From Arcicella sp. (GTDB lineage: Bacteria; Bacteroidota; Bacteroidia; Cytophagales; Spirosomataceae): 64,000 nucleotides of DNA. Of this stretch, positions 59,201 to 64,000 are shown piece by piece. Position 1 is the stretch's first letter. The number at the start of each line of letters is the position of its first letter. The DNA lies in NCBI GenBank assembly GCA_025454855.1, contig JALONS010000001.1, forward strand, positions 13,306 to 77,305, in the 5' to 3' direction. Both the position numbers and the translations under genes were made by a program. Below the pieces are notes generated by a model that was given only the letters and a program-made list of their open reading frames with translations, was not told where the DNA came from and searched no databases.

Positions 59201-59522
59201 ATAAATTCAAACCTACATTACTCTGATTCAAATCCTGAATGGAAGAATAAATAAAAATCTTGGTACGACTAAAAGGTGAGTATCCCAAAATTTCGGTGAT
59301 ACGGTCAAAGTCAGATTCAGCCAATTGGGCGGCTAAAGTAGCAGTTTGCTGCCCACCATCGTAAAAATATACCTCAAAATTTTGTGAAGTAAGTACCTGC
59401 CAGTTGAAAGGACGGTATTGAATCCTGTTTTTACCAAAAGGTTCTTGGGTAGGAAAGAAATTCTGTGCCTCGGTGAGGTAGGCAACCAAAAGAAATGATA
59501 TGAACAGTACACTTTTCTTCAT
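56256..59522 (-). CDS. WD40/PD40-Omp85 family outer-membrane protein with a degenerate N-terminal peptidase-like domain
   Basis: FGKNRIQY N-terminus; TolB-like propeller repeats; PLRGF motif; terminal LGYDF; ATG at 59522. Confidence 0.78.
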   Translation of the reverse strand: MKKSVLFISFLLVAYLTEAQNFFPTQEPFGKNRIQYRPFNWQVLTSQNFEVYFYDGGQQTATLAAQLAESDFDRITEILGYSPFSRTKIFIYSSIQDLNQSNVGLNLSSEREIKEENLAKSRIEIAYTGNSSSFRKELVGDITHVFVHDMLYGGSIKESLQNSLLLSVPDWFMNGITSYVSEGWSTDMDSYMRDVILSKNLKRPSQTSGRESGFIGQSIWNYIAERYGRDNIANILNLTRIIRNEQTSISSTIGMPFSKFMKEWREYYTVMAESINSSYVSPSYDFKIKEVKFNSTDRINKFKISPDGAFVAYSRNELGRSSVEVMDLKTKNSVTILTSGFKTLNQSIDYNTPLLSWTKGGTLAIVYESQGNVLLNIYTDITEKDLSGKFASRKVLKDFDQVQDFDISSNGTTLVLSAISKGQNDLFLYDIARGRIQQITNDLYDDLSPRFVGTAGKIVFTSNRLKDSLDIDKGSYKTLNHKFNLFLHEGKVKSETVRRLVDSFGSITVRRLVDSFGSITNPVVADGSTIYFLNDEKGIKNIYRLTAGDSLAVQVSNFRNDIQDFDYSASTNGLVFKVLEGNAEVFAFKQKVDFSVKHNLFYTPRNIKLYGITPPSVSNNDKAKTNNPTIVNNDLPVTKPKITLEPGEVDTDNYQFDSGNYTKKSSTEPAIGSVKTDKKNKVEKIIVAKQNRKDNIKLRGPVEYNNPFVVNNTDLDFVVDPLPQRGFGLKGTINMNDLLENHHLQGGIFLTPNLKNTDLWGQYSYLAKRIDYTVRIDRRTAIDDGEQSQKKYRFNKITLSASYPINTNTRVTLSPSYTSNRFLDLTNLNTPDGYADYVGGRAEFVYDNTISHGLNQLEGTRFRARFDHYSGVSNSKDGFNRFYADLRHYIRFGKGIVLAGRLSGGHSFGNSPKQTVMGGMDNWLECQYEARTDNNNPFSSNIYDNKDIFFLDYATPLRGFNVNKLSGTSHLAFNVELRIPIAKYLYDGPIYNNFFKNLLISTFTDVGTAWTGVGPFARKNGFNTSVIGGGLLPFRATVTDFRNPFLVGYGIGARTTLLGYYIKYDFAWGWENKEIKNPISYITLGYDF
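57963..58034. repeat. Exact 36-bp in-frame tandem duplication
   Basis: AGTGATGCTTCCAAAAGAATCCACTAAACGCCTGAC x2, giving TVRRLVDSFGSI twice. Confidence 0.95.
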
Positions 59523-59637
59523 GGGAACAATTAAAGTATGTCGGATTTTCAACGTCAGATTAAGCAAACCCAATAATATTATTTGGGTTTATGCTGCGGT
59601 TTTGTAGGTAAGCAAGTACTTATCAATAAACACCAAC

Positions 59638-60687
59638 CTATTTTTTGCCTAAATATAACGAAGCAAAACGATTTATATTGACTTCGGGATGAAGTTCTTT
59701 TTGATAGACTAAAAAATCAACGAATTGTTTGGCAAAATACGGTGCCAAAGATACGCCCTTTGACCCCAAACCGTTGAAAATGCCCAAATGCCTAAAGTCT
59801 GGATGCAGCCCAATGAGTGGTCGGCGGTCTTTAGTAGCAGGACGAACCCCAGCCCTGTGCGATAATATACGCATTTCGGGCTTCATGAGTTTTTGGTATT
59901 TTTCAATTAAATCATTTTTACCTTGTTCGGTGGGTATGAAGTCTAATTCATGCCAACTGTAGGTAGCTCCCAGCCGATAACTTTCGCCTTCGAGTGGAAT
60001 TACAAATGCTCCTTGATTGATAATTTCGGTTAAATAAAGATTTTTTATCTCAATATCCAATACCTCACCTTTTACGGGATTGAAGGGTAAATAGTTAAAA
60101 TAGGGGTTATTTCTGCCGCTAAAACCTTCGCAGAAAATGATGGTTTGTGTCGGATTGTTTTCTAATAATTCAGTTGGAATTGTACCGACAGTTAATAAAT
60201 TTTTGGCAGTGAAATAATGCTTAAAAGCGGCTAACATGGCTGGTAAATCTACCCAACCTGAGTGTTTGGTAGTAACACCTCCCAACTGACTTTGTAGGAT
60301 AGATTTGTACTGGGTATTTTCAAAAGTGAGAGTGGCAAAATCTGAGAAATCATCGGGTACGTGGTCACTTTTAAAGAATTTTTGAGATTCTTCGTTCACA
60401 AAAGGGCGAAAAATGGGTTGCGGATAGAAAAAACGGGCGTTGAGTTCGGTTTCTAATTGAGGATAGAAAGTTTCCAAAAAAGAGAATAACTGGTGGGCTA
60501 ACCACGTTTTGACTAATTTTCTGCCCGTGACAGGATTGTAAAGTCCCGCCGCAACTTTTGAAGAAGACGGAAAATCAGGAGAGTCGTAAATATGAACACG
60601 TTGCCCTTCCTGCAATAATAAATATGCCAACACAGACCCCGCAAGCCCCTGACCCACAATGATAAATTTACTTTCCGAAGCTGTCAT
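59638..60687 (-). CDS. FAD-dependent oxidoreductase (DAO/glycine oxidase-like)
   Basis: IVGQGLAG, SSKVAAG, AGVRP, NGLGSKG. Confidence 0.85.
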   Translation of the reverse strand: MTASESKFIIVGQGLAGSVLAYLLLQEGQRVHIYDSPDFPSSSKVAAGLYNPVTGRKLVKTWLAHQLFSFLETFYPQLETELNARFFYPQPIFRPFVNEESQKFFKSDHVPDDFSDFATLTFENTQYKSILQSQLGGVTTKHSGWVDLPAMLAAFKHYFTAKNLLTVGTIPTELLENNPTQTIIFCEGFSGRNNPYFNYLPFNPVKGEVLDIEIKNLYLTEIINQGAFVIPLEGESYRLGATYSWHELDFIPTEQGKNDLIEKYQKLMKPEMRILSHRAGVRPATKDRRPLIGLHPDFRHLGIFNGLGSKGVSLAPYFAKQFVDFLVYQKELHPEVNINRFASLYLGKK

Positions 60688-61367
60688 ATTCTTGCTAAAA
60701 CCGAATCGTGTAGTTGTATCACAAAATCAACTTGTTCATCAATAGTCATGAAAGAAGTATCCATCAAGACGGCATCTTCGGCTTGGGTTAGTGGTCCTTC
60801 TTCCCGAGTAGAATCAATAATATCTCGTTTACGGAGGTTTTCTAAAATGATATCCAAATCTATCATTTCACCTTTCTCCAATAATTCTCGTTGTCGGCGT
60901 TCTGCCCGAATGGTAGGGTCGGCGGTCATAAAAACTTTGATTTCAGCATCGGGAAAAACCTTTGTCCCAATGTCTCTGCCGTCCATTACCACGCCACGGT
61001 GCTTTGCCATTTTTTGTTGTTGAGCAACCATGGCTTTTCTCACGATGGTAATGGCACTTACCTCCGAAACCATCTGTGAAATATACATTTTACGGATTTC
61101 TTCCTCCACATTCAAACCATTCAAATACACGTCACTTGCTCCTCGTTGTTCATTAAACTGGAAAGTAATATGAATTTCGGTAAGAGCCTTTTCTACTTCT
61201 TTCGGATTGGTTAATGTAACATGATTTTCGTGAAAATATAAACTTACCGCTCTGTACATAGCTCCCGTATCAATAAAAGCGTAGCCTAATTTTTTGGCTA
61301 CTTTTTTGGCCGTAGTACTTTTACCACAACTCGAATGACCGTCAAGAGCAATAATTGTTTTCTTCAT
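60684..61367 (-). CDS. cmk: Cytidylate kinase
   Basis: DGHSSCGKST, IDTGAMYR, MDGRDIGT.VFPDA; ATG at 61367. Confidence 0.95.
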   Translation of the reverse strand: MKKTIIALDGHSSCGKSTTAKKVAKKLGYAFIDTGAMYRAVSLYFHENHVTLTNPKEVEKALTEIHITFQFNEQRGASDVYLNGLNVEEEIRKMYISQMVSEVSAITIVRKAMVAQQQKMAKHRGVVMDGRDIGTKVFPDAEIKVFMTADPTIRAERRQRELLEKGEMIDLDIILENLRKRDIIDSTREEGPLTQAEDAVLMDTSFMTIDEQVDFVIQLHDSVLARI

Positions 61368-61444
61368 CTTTTCTGTATTTCTGTGCAAAGATAGGAGAAA
61401 AGGTAGGAAAGGAGGGAAGGAGGGAAGAAAAAACGGGAAAATGT

Positions 61445-61476
61445 AAAAAGCCAAGATTATTGGTCTTGGCTTTTTT
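61445..61476 (-). terminator. Terminator after the M56 gene
   Basis: AAAAAGCCAAGA-ttattgg-TCTTGGCTTTTTT. Confidence 0.75.
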
Positions 61477-61481
61477 GATAA

Positions 61482-62906
61482 TCAGTAGTCTGAAACTTTA
61501 TAATAAGTCATGTATGATTTGTCCTCCAATGACTCTTTTCTATATTTCTCATAATAATCAGTAGTCATCATATCTAATTGGAAATCATAGCCTCTACTTA
61601 CTCCATTAACATATTTTGCACCTCCTTCAAGCCTACTGATAAATACTTGGCTAAAATCTGAAGCCTTGTAATTGTTTAATTCTGAATTTTTGACTTTCCT
61701 CTCATTTATCCACAATCCATATTTTTTTGCGTTTTTGTATGATTCAAAATCTTTTTCGGAAATTTTAATTTTTGGCAAAGGATTTGGGCGTTTCATAAAT
61801 CCGATGGTCTGTGATTCTTGTTGTTTTTTGTTCATTTTTAGAAAAATGGAAACAAGTAAATCTTTATCTTTTTTATTTTTGTCAATATTTTTTGTCGTTA
61901 CTATTCCTTTCATATTACTCATTTTATTGTAATGAGCAATTAAATCTTTATACTGTTTCATCATTTCATTCGAAGCCCCTTTCTCGGTAGAGATAACTTC
62001 TTTCGGGTTCGTTTTCATTACACTCACTTGTGCATGAATCTTGGTACTAAACATAAAAATTGCAATAGCAAACAGTGGTACAAAAGCTAATGTTATCAAC
62101 AAGGCTTTCGTTTTGGAGGTGGATTTTGTCATCATCTTTAATCTTTGTTTTGTGATAGAATAATTAAAAGAACTCGTGAATATTAAACTGTTAGAAATAC
62201 GGGCTTTTTCAATCAATAAACACTGATAATTGGGTACATTTCCGTAAGTATTTATTACGGCTTCATCAGCCAAAAATTCATGATTGAGTTGTATCGCTTT
62301 TTTGTAGAAAATCAGTAAAGGATTAAACCATAAAAACACTTTCATTAGCTCAATTAATAGAATATCTAATGAATGTCCTTGTTGTATATGGGTGATTTCA
62401 TGTAATAAAATTTCCTTTTCAATGCCTTGCCTTTCATAATTTTCACGGTTTACGAAAATGTATTTCATAAAGCTATATGGCGTAATCTTTTTGTCTAATA
62501 ATATAATTGGAATTCTACCTAAAACTATTTTTTTATTATTTTGTATTTCTTGGATAAGTACAAAAATATTTTTCAAAAAAACGAATAGTAAGACCATACT
62601 CACAGATGCATAAATTAATAAAGGAAAGTTAATTTCAAAAGTTTGTTTTGGAGCAATAAAAACCTCTTTCTCTACCATTAAGGGTTGTACTCCCCGAGTT
62701 GGGATAAATACGGTTTCGACTGGCGGAATATTGATGGGTGTAGAACTACTTTCAATTTCAATGAATGGAATAATAAAAGGTGCAAAGAGACTAAGCAATA
62801 AGTAAAAACGATTGAAACGATAGATTTTTTCTCTCTGGAAAATAAGGTAATAGCAGCCTAAAAATAGCGTAGAGCAAAGCACAACTTTGAGCAGATAAAT
62901 GGTCAT
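61482..62906 (-). CDS. M56 (BlaR1-like) peptidase with non-PBP C-terminal domain
   Basis: YRFNRFYLL, HEITH, WFNP, HEFLAD, KQRLKMM. Confidence 0.88.
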   Translation of the reverse strand: MTIYLLKVVLCSTLFLGCYYLIFQREKIYRFNRFYLLLSLFAPFIIPFIEIESSSTPINIPPVETVFIPTRGVQPLMVEKEVFIAPKQTFEINFPLLIYASVSMVLLFVFLKNIFVLIQEIQNNKKIVLGRIPIILLDKKITPYSFMKYIFVNRENYERQGIEKEILLHEITHIQQGHSLDILLIELMKVFLWFNPLLIFYKKAIQLNHEFLADEAVINTYGNVPNYQCLLIEKARISNSLIFTSSFNYSITKQRLKMMTKSTSKTKALLITLAFVPLFAIAIFMFSTKIHAQVSVMKTNPKEVISTEKGASNEMMKQYKDLIAHYNKMSNMKGIVTTKNIDKNKKDKDLLVSIFLKMNKKQQESQTIGFMKRPNPLPKIKISEKDFESYKNAKKYGLWINERKVKNSELNNYKASDFSQVFISRLEGGAKYVNGVSRGYDFQLDMMTTDYYEKYRKESLEDKSYMTYYKVSDY

Positions 62907-63264
62907 GATTTCTTTTTGTTAATCTCTTGTTGGACAATATTTTTCAAATCTTCTAATTCCTCTTCCGTCATTTCGGAATTTGAGGCAAAAAACGAAGCAA
63001 ATTGTAGAGCAGAATTTCCAAAAAAATTCTTGACGGCGTTGAGAAGTAATTTGACTTTTCTATCAGAGGATAATATTCCCTTGAGTTTCCATAGAAAGTA
63101 TATCCTATGAACCCCTTGTCTTGCATTCGTTTCAATAAGGTTGCAATAGTGGTACTTGCTGGCTTGGGTTCTGGATAGCAGTCGATTAGGTCTTTCATAA
63201 AAACTTTTCCATGTTTCCAAATATATTCCATTAACTGTTCTTCTGTCTTAGATAATTGATTCAT
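62903..63264 (-). pseudogene. BlaI/MecI/CopY repressor split by a frameshift near 63040
   Basis: N-part LSKTEEQLM...PKPASTTIATLLKRMQDKG...YFS in ORF 62968..63264; C-part KNFFGNSALQFASFF...EELEDLK in ORF 62903..63220. Confidence 0.8.
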
Positions 63265-63278
63265 TCTACGTTTTGTTA

Positions 63279-63304
63279 TTTTATTCTACAAATGTAGAAT
63301 AAAA
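63279..63304. promoter_or_regulatory. BlaI/CopY-type operator (TACA-NN-TGTA)
   Basis: Perfect palindrome TTTTATTCTACA-AA-TGTAGAATAAAA, about 15 bp upstream of the blaI start. Confidence 0.75.
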
Positions 63305-63427
63305 ATTGATACAACAAGAAATTCTTGAAAGATATTTTTTGAAACAACACGGAAATTTTGAAGAAAATAGGCATTTCATGTTTTTTACAGACTTAAATCA
63401 TTAATTTTCATTTTAAAACACATTTTT

Positions 63428-64000
63428 ATGCAAATCACAGGTAATATCATCAACATTCTCGAAAAGAAAATTCAATACGGAACTATAGAAATTGAGGCAG
63501 GAATTATAAAGCGTATCATCATTAAATCCGAAACAGGAACGCCTGCCGTCCCAAATCCGAAATCTCAAGTCTTATTACCTGGTTTTGTAGATGCTCACGT
63601 TCACGTAGAGAGTTCTATGCTTACGCCTGCACAATTTGCCCGTTTAGCAGTTGTGCATGGCACGGTAGCAACCGTTTCAGACCCGCACGAAATTGGCAAT
63701 GTATTAGGCAAAGCAGGCGTTGAATACATGATTGAAAATGCCCGCCAAACGCCCTTTAAGTTTTGTTTTGGAGCTCCTTCATGTGTACCTGCTACAACTT
63801 TTGAAACCGCAGGAGCAACCATCACGCCCGATGACATCGAAGACTTATTCCAAAAATACCCAGAAATAGGCTACTTAGCGGAGGTAATGAATTTTCCAGG
63901 TGTATTGAATGGAGACTCTGATATGATGGCAAAAATCGCTTTGGCACAACGATACCAAAAACCAGTGGACGGACACGCCCCCGGACTACGAGGAGAGGAT
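63428..64000 (+). CDS. ade: Adenine deaminase, 5' part (runs off the window)
   Basis: Hand translation: MQITGNII...[16 protein letters not shown]...[10 protein letters not shown]...LAEVMNFPG...VDGHAPGL. Confidence 0.93.
   Translation, partial: MQITGNIINILEKKIQYGTIEIEAGIIKRIIIKSETGTPAVPNPKSQVLLPGFVDAHVHVESSMLTPAQFARLAVVHGTVATVSDPHEIGNVLGKAGVEYMIENARQTPFKFCFGAPSCVPATTFETAGATITPDDIEDLFQKYPEIGYLAEVMNFPGVLNGDSDMMAKIALAQRYQKPVDGHAPGLRGED

Noticed and set aside
61391-61454. N-terminal extension of Cmk and a purine-rich tract
   Set aside because: The extension is read-through of a short GGAAGGAG-type low-complexity tract containing the TATCTTTG promoter element; the real start is 61367

Overview
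AT-rich chromosomal window with a Bacteroidota gene repertoire (T9SS cargo, TAnnTTTG promoters), most likely Cytophagales. The first ~2.7 kb is one end of an integrative element next to tRNA-Asp: tyrosine integrase, a hypothetical gene and a truncated excisionase-like HTH gene. The rest is mainly core genome: dapF, tyrA, tRNA-Leu-tig, sdhCAB, proS, proA, cmk and a partial ade. It also holds two DUF1501 modules, T9SS cargo, a WD40-Omp85 protein, an FeS-type photolyase, two BlaI/M56 systems and a pair of coiled-coil membrane proteins. The most striking non-genic signal is a set of about 13 intergenic cassettes made of degenerate 7-bp repeats facing their reverse complements. Two of them flank a doubly frameshifted four-helix-bundle gene inside the sdh operon, which suggests a small repeat-flanked mobile unit with many empty sites. 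Other observations: REP doublets, a dispersed palindromic IHF-like motif, candidate BlaI operators, an exbD remnant, a frameshifted blaI and a 36-bp in-frame duplication. All calls come from reading the sequence and recognising motifs; no searches were run.
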